Below, piece after piece: positions 14,609-25,500 of a stretch of 64,000 bases of DNA. The first letter of the stretch is position 1; each line of letters starts with the position of its first letter. Origin of the DNA: Paraspadella gotoi (taxonomy: Eukaryota; Animalia; Chaetognatha); NCBI GenBank assembly GCA_051294375.1, contig CM119263.1, positions 23,785,310-23,849,309 of the forward strand, given 5' to 3'. The position numbers and the translations under genes are program-made. The notes beneath the pieces were generated by a model that was not told where the DNA came from, did no database searches, and worked only from the letters and a program-made list of their open reading frames with translations.

Positions 14609-15161
14609 GAGAAAAAGAAACTCGACTCGAAAAGAGGAGGTGAGTAAAAAAAAAAATAAAAGAAAATGGCTGCAACACGCGAAGCCGATACGTCTTGCTC
14701 GTTGCATTGACGTCAGAGCGATAATTTCGATCTTCGAAGTCTTTGCCAGATGCAGCCAGAGGTATTGATGCAAAACACTATTCCATCTGTTGCGCATCGA
14801 CGTCGACTCCACCTTTCACGACGCAGATGTCGTTGTGACCGCTATGTGAAGCTTCCACGCTCTTAAATCTCGCTCTCGAGGAAAAGTCACGAGAAAATCA
14901 GTGCAAGCCAACGAAAATGGCGCCAAATCGTCGCTCGCCCAACTCGCCCGGGTTCGTGATTTTCGAACCGTGACGAAAGTAACGCGCGGTAATCTCCCGT
15001 GGGGTTTGACGCCTGGCGGTCAAAACCGGAAACGCGACAAAAATGGAAAAGGTAGCCAGACTGAAAAGCAAAAAGAAAAAACCCGCGGGAGGGCGTTAGT
15101 CATGCCACACGCAGAAACCAGCCACGCGACGTCGCGAAATGGCAAAAAAAATAAAACCTCA

Positions 15162-15212
<51 letters not shown>

Positions 15213-15396
15213 AAGACGCCGACACCAGAGGCGAAAAAACCTGCGGGGAAAGCAATTAAAACAAATTTAGCCTCGCGTTAAGACGACGCGTCGGATTTAA
15301 TGCGCGCGTCGTTGGCGGAATTACGCGCGTAATCGCGAGACGTTATGCGCCGACGAAAGCCCGGAGGGTCGAGCTTCCGCGGGCTTGTCGGTCCTC

Positions 15397-15468
15397 CTGG
15401 GCGTCGCAAAACTCGGCGCTGAACATCTCGGCGTCGCTTCCCTCGGCGCCGCACAACTCGGCGTCGTC
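15397..15468 (+). repeat. 15-bp tandem repeat (CTCGGCG core), ~5 units
   Basis: CTCGGCG occurs at 15412, 15427, 15442 and 15457. Confidence 0.85.
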
Positions 15469-15559
15469 TTTGAGCAATGGGCACATTGGGCAGTCGGGCT
15501 TGGAGTGATGAAAAGATTAAGCGAGTTATGGTGGACTAAAATCCACCAACCGTTCATCA

Positions 15560-15631
15560 GCGGCCATTGGTGCCGGAGGCAAGTCATTCGCCTCCAACCC
15601 AAAGGTCCCGGGTTCTAGCCCGGTGGTCGTC
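15560..15631 (+). promoter_or_regulatory. tRNA-derived sequence (internal Pol III promoter) in the 5' LTR; not a functional tRNA
   Basis: Acceptor stem GCGGCCA/TGGTCGT; A-box-like TGGTGCCGGAGG (15568-15579); variable loop AGGTC; T-arm CCGGG-TTCTAG-CCCGG containing B-box-like GGTTCTAGCCC (15611-15621). The anticodon stem is degenerate. Confidence 0.8.
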
Positions 15632-15632
15632 T

Positions 15633-15708
15633 GGCAGTAAGAGGGACGGGGCGCTTAACCCGCCTGTTAACACGGTGTTACAGCCTGATCCGAAGCTCAG
15701 GGACTGCT
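15633..15708 (+). ncRNA. Twister ribozyme motif, circularly permuted type P5 (5' LTR copy)
   Basis: P5 GGCAGT/ACTGCT; P2 GAGG/CCC; GA-CGG; U|AA site at 15656/15657; GC at 15662-63; P3 hairpin TGT(T)AACA/TGTTACA; P4 CCTGA/TCAGG closing loop TCCGAAGC. Pseudoknots T1 CCG:CGG and T2 GC:GC. Matched by eye to the twister consensus. Confidence 0.8.
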
Positions 15709-15763
15709 TATATTGAACGGTTCTGTCATTAACCACTTATCAATTAATTACATGTCTCTTCAT

Positions 15764-15778
15764 TGGTGAGTCCGACTT
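15764..15778 (+). promoter_or_regulatory. Primer-binding site, tRNA-Trp-like
   Basis: TGGTGAGTCCGAC matches 11/13 with TGGTGACCCCGAC, the complement of a common metazoan tRNA-Trp 3' end. The cognate host tRNA is not verified. Confidence 0.6.
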
Positions 15779-15944
15779 CCGAACAACAACAGCCAGCAAC
15801 AACACTTTCAGGCGACATGCCTCAAACCTGGCGATGCACTTTCCGCCCACAACACATCAGTGCGACATGCCTCAACTTTGGTAACGAACTTTCCACCACA
15901 ACAACACCAATTCACTGAAGAGACACAACAGACAATCTTCCTAC

Positions 15945-15954
15945 GGAGGGGGGA
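15945..15954 (+). promoter_or_regulatory. Polypurine tract
   Basis: GGAGGGGGGA lies immediately before the TGTATG start of the 3' LTR. Confidence 0.85.
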
Positions 15955-15988
15955 TGTATGGTGACTAAATCCACCAACCGTTCATCCA

Positions 15989-16064
15989 GCGGCCATTGGT
16001 GCCGGAGGCAAGTCATTCGCCTTCCCAACCCAAAGGGTCCGGCGTTTCTAGCCCGGTGGTCGTC
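15989..16064 (+). promoter_or_regulatory. tRNA-derived sequence in the 3' LTR
   Basis: Same GCGGCCA...TGGTCGTC module as in the 5' LTR, with a few indels in the anticodon and T arms. Confidence 0.7.
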
Positions 16065-16065
16065 T

Positions 16066-16143
16066 GGCAGTTAAGAGGGACGGGGCGCTTAACCCGCCTG
16101 TAACATGGTGTTACAGCCTGATCCGAAAGCTCAAGGGACTGCT
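16066..16143 (+). ncRNA. Twister ribozyme motif (3' LTR copy)
   Basis: GGCAGTTAAGAGGGACGGGGCGCTT|AACCCGCCTGTAACATGGTGTTACAGCCTGATCCGAAAGCTCAAGGGACTGCT. Two extra A's fall in homopolymers (loop and P4 3' strand) and may be read errors. Confidence 0.7.
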
Positions 16144-18814
16144 ATATATTCGAACGGTTCTGTCATTAACACAATAACAATTACATTAGCCGTCTCTTTC
16201 AGGAGTTAACAATTATTGTATTTCGCCTTTGTAATAATATGCTTATTAAATTTTATAAAAATTTAAAATTGATTTTTTAAAAATTTAATTTTTTAAAAAT
16301 AAAAACTTGTAAATAAGTTATGTTCTCAGAAAAACGACAAAAACAAAATATTTTTATATAAATAATTATACTATCTATACTACTTATTTAAAATTATTAT
16401 TGTTGATTGACTCAAATCAAATTTTTGTTCTCAGGTGCTCCACTCTATTGGCAGTGACCGGAAACTTAAGGGTCAATATCCTCGAGCGTAGGTTTTAATA
16501 TAAATAAATAATAACGTATAACGATAGTAATTCATATCCCACTGAAATCATCAGCAGCCGCGGCAGGTAGCGGGAGCATCTCCCAAACTAAACTGCTATC
16601 TGGCCGACTATAGTCAGATCCGAAGTTCTAAATCTTTTATGCCACTGAACTGTACGGGCATCTCGCCCATAAAAATAAAGTAGTCTTCTATCCTTACTTC
16701 TTTGGCAGTTCAAATAACATTTTTTTGTGAAAAATATAACGGGAGTTTTACATTTTTGATGTAATAATAACAAGAATTAAACCAAGAAGGATCGGCGACT
16801 TCGCAAGAGAATGGATGATGCGGGTGATAAAAATTAAACTTCGACGCGGCACGAGCGTGTGTCACGAAAGCGTGACCCGAGCGTGTGACACGCGACGAAA
16901 AGTCCGTGTCGTCGACGTCTCTCTCGATGTCTGCCGTCTTTGCTCTCCGATGTCCGATAGAATAAATCTTCTTCGTGTTTGCTCACCTTCTGACTTCTTT
17001 GCTTCCATGGATTTACTTTTCTTTTTTTTTTAAAGCCGTTACTTACTTTCTATTTGTACTTTTTCTTATGAGACAAACTGTCGTTCAAATGGATCGGCTG
17101 ACAGAAGAATCGCAACCCGTCGCCTGATAGGATTAATATCACCATCATTTTGAAACGCGTTTTCGAACACACAAAAAAACAAAACAGAACAAACAATTGT
17201 GCATTTTTTAACTCCTTCCTCATTTTCAACGCGAACGTCGTCGTATTAATTATGGTTTTCCCCACGAGCGGTATTTTTTTTNNNNNNNNNNNNAAAAAAA
17301 AAGATCTCTCCCTCCACTCCTTGCCGTACCCCCGTACCCCCAAAACGGGCAAACCCCCCACTACCACCTCGCTCCCACCCAGAGCGACTCCTACCCCTAA
17401 GATAAGAAAAAACGAAAAAACAGAAAAGAAAGAAAATCTTTGTCGTCATTCGAGTTCGTTGCCTCAAGGAAAAGACCGAGCGACGCCCTTCTCTACTATT
17501 TTCGGGGCCCCGTCTCTGCCGTGGACCCACTTTGCCGTCTTTGCCCTTTAAGAAACGATAAACCCAATGACCTCTTCTTTGTTCTATGAGCTTAATTTCT
17601 TTCTCTGATTTCGCGCATGGGAATTGCATTCATTTCGCTTACACCCGAACTCATTCTCTCTACGTCTCTTGATCGTCACAGTAATCCGAACTTTTACATG
17701 AACAATTGTCTCGTCGGTCTTCATCCATCGAAACGTCCGCCATCTTTGTCGTCCTTCCCTCAACTCAAACATTTTCCCCTCAAACGCGTTTTCCCTCCAA
17801 CTTGAAAAAAAAAAAATTCCCGTGAATTAAACCCCATAAATCTTGGGGCCTCGATCACAACCTCGAATGCCATTTTATCGCTCAAGGATTAATGCAGAAA
17901 TTTTATTAATTAAAAAAAAACAAAAAAACACGTAAATATTTACCAAAAAAAAAAAAATTGTAATTTTAAAATTTAGACGTATACAAGTTTCACTCTGTTC
18001 TTCCCTTCGTCAAAATTTCGCCACTTTTCCCTTTTCCCACTCCATTTCAGACATGGCCCTTCTCGAATCCCCACCCAATACCATCCACCCTATTCACCAC
18101 CCCTCCACCCGCCACTCCCCCCAAGTTCCTCCTCAAATTCGGTCCGGCCGTTCGTCGATTCCTGCTCATTTGTTTTTTCGGTGGTTGACTTTTAAAACCT
18201 TTTCCGTTTCCCTCCGTATCTCGATTCTTTCGTTCGTTTTAATTTATTTCCTCTCCGATCTTTTTAATTCTTTTTTTTTATTTTCCTTTATATGTACAGT
18301 TTTGACGGTTTCTATACATCTGTTTATTTCATTTCTTTCTTATTTTCACTTTCTCAATATTAGCAATAAAATTGTCCTTTTATCGTTTACCTAATACTTT
18401 CACTTTATAGTTTATTTTCTTTTTCACTTTTTTAAAACATGTTTTTGTTATCTTAAACTTTAACTTTATGCGTTCTTGTTTTTATGGCAAAACAAAGAGA
18501 CAGTCTAACTCCCTGCCTTTCCCTCCCTCTCTTTCTCGTACTACTAAGTTGACTTATCTTCCATGTTTTTTTTTCCGATTGACAGAATTTCATGTCTCTT
18601 GGTCCCCCCCCATCCCCTTGTCCCCCTGGGGTGGGGATGATCGATCAAGGACGAGGTCTTCCGAGGGACCTCAATATAATTAAGTTAAAAGAGAAAGAAA
18701 ACATTCGAGTACAACAATCCATTTTTTTCTCTTTCTTTTTTTCTCGGCATCTGGCTTTTTCTCTCATTCTTCTTGAGATCGGAAATTCCTCCCCAAAAAT
18801 TGTTTGTTCTTTCT

Positions 18815-18840
18815 TCTTTCTTTTTCTTTCTTTCTTTACT

Positions 18841-18873
<33 letters not shown>

Positions 18874-21800
18874 TTTCTTTTTCTTTTTCTTTCTTTTTTT
18901 ATTTTCTATGTTGGATGAAAATAAAAAATTGTCCGGTTCTTCAATTAAAATTGTTGGCGCCAAATCACAAAGTGCTTTTGTCTTCGACGTCGACTAACAC
19001 TTTCGTCGTCTTTTCGTCGTCGTCGTTCGTCGTCTTGGACGTCTTCGTGTCTTAATTATGCAATTAGTTTGTTAGACAATAACTTCGTTCTTCTTTGTTC
19101 AAATATAAATGACGAAAACGACTTAAACGAATAGAAGTATACGTAACATTTCCAGAAAAGAAGATTGGCTTGCACTAAAAATATGACAACATCGACGATT
19201 TAGGGTCAATGCCCTGCGGTATCATGCATCGCTACTGCTGCCCCTGATGCCACGCTGCCCCCTCTGCAGCCCTCCTCCCTGAAATTCTCAACAAAAACCA
19301 ATCACAACAAACAAAAAAAATTTGGAAAGAGGGATTAAAATCGAAATGAAAGAGGAAATGGAATCGAAATGAAAGTCTAGAAAGGAACATTTCCATCTCA
19401 TCGCAAAGAAGCTGCAAAAAATCATTGGCTTCTTAAAAAAAAAACAACAACACAACAAAAAAAGGCGCCATTGCGAAGAAGAAAATCAATATTTCTCTTT
19501 TCCCTCCGTTTAGTTTGAGGGAGAGCTTGTACCTAATCCTACGGTGGAAACCTTCGACGGATTTTCCACACGTAAACTCGCTAAGACATCCAGTTCATGT
19601 TACTATACTTTAATTCAATTAAAACGCTTCCCAACCCTTGATTAGTTACTATCTATTATAACAAATACGTCCGTCATCTTAACATACAACATATAAATAA
19701 TAACTAACGCACGAACCTCGTTCCGAATCATGACGAACCCGTTTCAGATTATCCAACACCCTCCAACCATTTTCTATCCTCTTCGCTGTTTATCTTTCTC
19801 GATAGGAGTTATTGCAATCTTTGGCGCAGCCTTCAAGTTTGCCCTCCCAAAAAATATGGAGGAATAGAGAAGCGGAGGGCGGGGGGGGAAAGAGAGAGAT
19901 GGAAAGAGACAATAAGAAGGGAAGGTGTATGAGGGTGATTATCACCCATAATCAGAGGGAATGGGTGATTAAAGGGTTCCGAGGTGAACGGTTTGGATAC
20001 AGCGCCGAGAAATCTGAAGGCGGATGACGATTTGGGGGCTGAAAGAGAGAGGAGAGAGAGAGAGAAAGAGAGAAGAGGCGAGAGAAAGGAGAGAGAGAGA
20101 GACCATGAGAGAGAGAGAAGGAGAGAGAGATTGAGAGAGAGAGAGAGAGCTTTCTTTGATCTCATTGCGAAAACAGTTCTATTTTCTCCTTTCAAAAAAT
20201 AGGGAATTCTTTAAGGTTCAAACTCAAATCATAAAAAAAAGACATGGAATGAATAAGAATTCACGTATCATTACGCAAATGCAAAATAGATATCTTTGAA
20301 ATATTTTTTATAAATGACATTTTGTCTTTGAATCGAAAAAAAAAGATATAATTAATGCGCGGCAATATTTTCTCGAGAAGCAGAAGTTTTCATCGTTTCG
20401 AAGCTCATTGCACTTCGAGTTTGTTTAACTCGATAAGATATTAAGGATAAATAAAACTGAAGTTTAATGTCAATATTTGCTTTCTGATGGTTGCAAATAG
20501 AGGAGAAAGAGTATCCTGCAAACGATTTTTGCAATGCCCGACTACTTTTTAACGAAAAGATGTTATCAAATGATGAATAATTTTTATATTGATTGTACCA
20601 ATTACATGAAATGATAGATATATAAAAAAAGCATAATAAAAAAGTATCGATGAAGTTCGACACTGGGGAACCGCCTGAGCAGCCGAAGAGGCAGCGCGAT
20701 TGCCTTTTCAAATGCGGTTCCGCCAAAATCAACCATCTGCCTCATTCCTTTCTAGATATTCGTAACTTTTTTTGGTCCATAATAAAAGAAATGCTTTTTT
20801 TTTTTTCTGCGCGAAAAAAAAAATGGATTTCGGTCTCGTCAATTGAATGATTCAAAAAGCGCTTCCCGCGGTCTGAGGCGGCGGCGGATTCGGTGCCGGC
20901 GGCGCGGGCGATGGGCGGGAGCATCGCGATCCTCTCGTAACGGTTTTGACCCGATTGACGCGTCGGCAATCTTCGAAGGTCGGCTTGCCTCATCTTCGTT
21001 CCCTTCCCGTTCCTTCCCTTTTTCTATTTATCTAAGGATGAGAGATGGGTGGCCGGCGCACCATAGCCAACGGAAGCGGCACGCCTAGGGCGGCCCCAGC
21101 GCGCAATGATAGTAGTCAGTCTAGCGGAAAGTACGGAGATCCCTGACCTCAAAGCGCTCGGGGTGTCCTGGATCACCACACTGCAGACGACCCATACTAT
21201 CGTCTGATACCATATTCCAAGAAATAGATAGCTTCTCTCCCATGGCGGCGGGGATTTGGCGGCGCGATCGGTGGCGGCGTGACCGTCATGTCTGACGGTG
21301 TTATCGACGACAATAACAACAACAACGCGTGGCCTCCGATATGAAAAGCAAAGAAAAGTGCAAATCGAGACCGAGCTAGACTGACTGCACTTACCAAGTT
21401 TTATTGTTGTTGTTATTTGTTTGTTTTTTTTTTTGTTTTCTTTTTTGTCCAATCCAAATATATTTCTGTATCTTGGCGTTAAACATAAATTCTTAACCTA
21501 CATATAATTACTGTTAAAAGGCACAAAATAAGTTCCTCTACTCTGACGCCTCTCCACTCCACTCCAGTCTCCAGTCTCCACCTCCAACGTTTTTTTCCGT
21601 CCCAACTCCCTCGTCCAACCAAACCGGTTTTCTCTTCCAAGCTTTCATCCAATCAAACCAAGCAATTCATTGTTCCCCCGTTTCCGCAGAGAGCCAAACC
21701 AATCACCCCTTCCATTAAAAGACTCCGCCAATCTCCCGTTTTATTGGCCTCTTTCTCCTCATTTCCCGTCTTATTGGCCTCTTTTCCTCATTCCGTTTCA

Positions 21801-22487
21801 TTGGCCTTCCTCATTTCCCGTTTTATTGGGCCCCCTCTTTCTTCAATTCCCGTTTATTGGCCTCTTTTCCTCATTCCCGTTCTATTGGCCTCTTTTCTCA
21901 TTCCCTTACATTGGCCTTTTTCCTCATTTCCCGTTTATTGGCCTCTTTCTTCATTTCCCGTTTATTGGCCTCTTTTTCCTCCATTTTTCCCGTTTTATTG
22001 GCCCTCTTTTCCTCAAAATCTCCCGTTTATGGCTTTTCCTCATTTCCCGTTTTATTGGCTTTTTTCCTCATTTCCCGTTTTCTAATCTGGCCTTCTTTCC
22101 TAATTTCCCGTTTTATTTGCCTCTTTCCTCATTTCCATCGACAGCATCGAGCCTTCGATGTCGAGAAGTAAACGACGCCCCTCCTGGCGACGGCCGCTCG
22201 TTCCGATTGGACTGCTGGCGACGACGACGCCCCTCGATGCCGGCGTACTCGATGTGCCGCACCGACCGACGCCGCTTCTCCACTTATGCCGTTCCACCAG
22301 CGCCGTATCAAATGAAGAGGCCTCTCAAAGGTTCGTTTTACTAACACTGCCGGTCGGTTCAGTGATCGCCGCTTTTACGGCGCGTTCGAGATGCCGCTTT
22401 CATTCCAACGCCCGTTTCGCCGCGTTCCTCGTTACCGGATGTCAACGACCACCGACCCCCAATTTTACGACTCTGCCGGCTGATGAT

Positions 22488-22526
<39 letters not shown>

Positions 22527-25500
22527 NNNNNNNNNNNNNNNNNNNNNNNNNGGCGTCGTCGGATGCGGACACATCGAGTACGCCGGCATCGAGGGCGTCG
22601 TCGTCGCCAGCGTCATCGGAACGAGCGGCGTCGCCAGGAGGGGCGTCGGTTTTACTTCTCGACAATCGAAGCTCGATGCTGTCGATGGAAATGAGGAAAA
22701 GAGGCAAATAAAACGGGAAATTAGGAAAAGAGGCCAATAAAACGGGAAATGAGGAAAAAAGGCCAATGAAACGGGAAATGAGGAAAAGAGGCCAATAAGA
22801 CGGGAAATGAGGAAAAGAGGCCAATAAAACGGGAGATGGGCGGAGTCTTTTAAGGAAGGGGTGATTGGTTTGGCTCTCTGCGGAACGGGGGAACAATGAA
22901 TTGCTTGGTTTGGATTGGATGAAAGCTTGGAAGAGAAAACCGGTTTGGTTGGACGAGGGAGTTGGACGAAACAAACGTTGGAGTGGAGACTGGAGACTGG
23001 AGTGGAGTGGAGAGGCGTCAGATAGAGGAACTTATTTGAGCCTTTTACAGTATTTATATGTAGGTTAAAATTTTATGTTTAACCCAAGATACAGAAATAT
23101 ATTTGGATTGGACAAAAAAAAAACAAAAAAACAAAACAAACAAATAACAACAACAATAAAAATTGTAAGTCAGTCAGTCTAGCTCGGGTCTCGATTTGCA
23201 CTTTTTTCTTTGCCTTTCATATCGGAGGCCACGCGTTGTTGTTGTTATTGTCGTCCGAAACACGTCGACATCGACAGGTCAGCGCGGACCACGATCGCGC
23301 GCCGCAATCCCCGCCCGCCGCCGCGCTGCAGTCGCCGCCGCGCTGCCGCCGCCGCTGTCGCCGACACCCTCCTAATAAATAGAAAAGGGAAAGGACGTGA
23401 AAGGGAAGAAGATGAGGCAACCTTCGAAGATTGCCGACGACGCATCGGGTCAAACCGTTACGAGAGGGATCGCGATGCTCCCGCCATCGCCCGCGGTCGC
23501 CGGCACCGCATCCGCCGCCGCCTCAGACGCGGCGAAGCGCTTTTTGAATCATTCATGACGAAGACCGAATTCTTTTTTTTCGCGCAGAAAAAAAAAAGCA
23601 TTTCTTTTATTATGGACCAAAAAAAAGTTACGAATATCATAGAAAGGAATGAGGCAGATGGTGATTTTGGCGAACCGCATTTGAAAATGGAATCCGCTGC
23701 CTCTTCGCTGCTCAGCGGTTCCCCAGTGTCGAACTTCATCGATACTATTTTTTTTATTATGCTTTTTTATATTATCTATCATCTTTATGTAATTGGTACA
23801 ATCAATATAAAAATTATTCATTCATTTGATAACATCGTTTTCGTTGAAAAGTAGTCGGGCATTGCAAAAATCGTTTGCAGGATACTCTTTTCTCCTCATA
23901 TTTGCACCATCACGAAAGCAAAATATTGACATTTAAACTTCAGTTTATTTATCTTATATCTTATCGAGTTAACAAACTCGAGTGCACATTGAGCTTCGAA
24001 CGATGAAAATCTTCTGCTTCTCGGAAAATATTTGCCCGATTAATTTATAAATCTTTTTTTTTCGATTTCAAAGACAAATGTCATTTATAAAAAATATTTC
24101 AAAGATATCTATTTTGCATTTGCGAATGATAACGTGAATTCTTATTCGATTCATGTCTTTTTTTTATGATTTGAAGTTTGAACCTTTTAAAGAATTCCTA
24201 TTTTTGAAAGGAGAAAATAGAACTGTTTTCAATGAGATCAAAGAAAGCTCTCTCTCTCTCTCTCTCTCTCTTGTCTCTCTCTCTCCTTCTCTCTCTCTCA
24301 TCTCTCTCTTTCTCTCTCTCTCTCTCTCTTTCAGCCCCAATTCGGTCATCCGCCTTACAGATTTATCTCGGCGGCTGTAATCCAAACCGTTCCCCTCGTG
24401 CAACCTTTAATCCACCCCATCCCTCTGATATGGCGTGATAATCACCCTCATACAACCTTCCTCTTATTGTCTCTTTCCATCTCTCTCTCTTCCCCCCCCC
24501 CCCGCCCTCCCGCTCTCTCTTTCCTCCATATTTTTGAGGAGGCACTTGAAGGCTGCGCCAAAGATTGCAATACTCCATCGAGAAAGATAAACAGCGAAGA
24601 GGAAAGAAAATGGTTGGAGGGTGTTGGATAATCTGAAACGGGGTCGTCATGATTCGGAACGAGTCGTGCGTTAGTTATTATTTATATGTTTGTATGTTAA
24701 AGATGACGGACGTATTTGTTATAATAGATAGTAACTAATCAAAGGGTTGGGAAGCGCTTTTTAATTGAATTAAAGTATAGTAACATGAACTGGATGTCTT
24801 ACGAGTTTACGTGTGAAAATCGTCGGAAGGTTTCACCGTGGATTAGGTACAAGCTCTCCCTCAACTAAAACGGAGGGAAAAGAGAAATATTGGAATTTTC
24901 TTCTTCGCAATGGCGCCTTTTTTTTGTTGTTGTTGTTGTTTTTTTTTTAAGAAGCCATGATTTTTTTCAGCTCTCTTTTGCGATGAGATGGAATGTTCTT
25001 TCTACTTCCATTTCGATTCCATTTCCTCTTTCCATTTCGATTTTATCCCATCTTTCCACTTTTTTTTTGTTGGTTGTGATTTGGTTTTTGTGAGAATTTC
25101 AGGAGGATGGGCTGCAGAGGGGGCAGCGGTGGCATCAGGGGCAGCAGTAGCGATGCTGGATACCGCAGGGCATTGACCCTAAATCGTCGATGTTGTCATA
25201 TTTTAGTGGCAAGCCAATTCTCTTTCTTGGAAAATGTTACGTATACTTCTATTCGTTTAAGTCGTTTTCGTCATTTATATTTGACAAAGAAGACGAAGTT
25301 ATTGTCTACACTAATTGCATAATTAGACACGAAGACGGCCAAGACGACGACGACGACGACGACGACGAAAGTGTTGTCGACGTCGAAGACAAAAGCAATT
25401 TGTGATTTGGCGCCACAATTTTATTGGAAGAAACCGGAAATTTTTTTATTTTCATCCCAACTAGAAAATAAAAAAAAGAAAGAAACATTCGCAGAGAAAG

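Larger units (their letters stand above)
15526..15762 (+). repeat. 5' LTR
   Basis: Colinear with 15955-16201; ends TCTCTTCA. Confidence 0.9.
15526..16201 (+). mobile_element. Non-autonomous LTR retroelement (TRIM) with a tRNA-derived head and a twister ribozyme motif in each LTR (Helenus-like / retrozyme-like)
   Basis: Direct repeats at 15526-15762 and 15955-16201 (3' LTR TG...CA; the 5' LTR start lacks the G). PBS-like TGGTGAGTCCGAC lies 1 nt after the 5' LTR. PPT GGAGGGGGGA abuts the 3' LTR. The ~190-bp interior is non-coding. Flanks G(C)GAG and GGAG resemble a 4-5 bp TSD. Confidence 0.9.
15955..16201 (+). repeat. 3' LTR
   Basis: TGTATGGTGAC...TCTCTTTCA; differs from the 5' LTR mostly by single-base indels. 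Confidence 0.9.

Noticed and set aside
15560-15631. Functional tRNA gene
   Set aside because: Anticodon stem does not pair, T-loop is 6 nt, there is no T4 terminator, and it is embedded in both LTRs.
15915-15945. Hammerhead core at CTGAAGAG
   Set aside because: No stem II followed by GAAA; the sequence is explained by complementarity to the LTR end.
15526-16201. TRIM LTR pair as just another assembly duplication
   Set aside because: There is no gap between the copies, the repeat boundaries coincide with TG/CA ends, PBS and PPT, and the interior is distinct.
16435-16487. Possible 53-nt exon (TTCTCAG| ... |GTAGGT)
   Set aside because: Splice-like signals only; no identifiable peptide or partner exon.
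21733-22135. CRISPR-like array
   Set aside because: Units are contiguous with no unique spacers, in a eukaryotic context with no cas genes.
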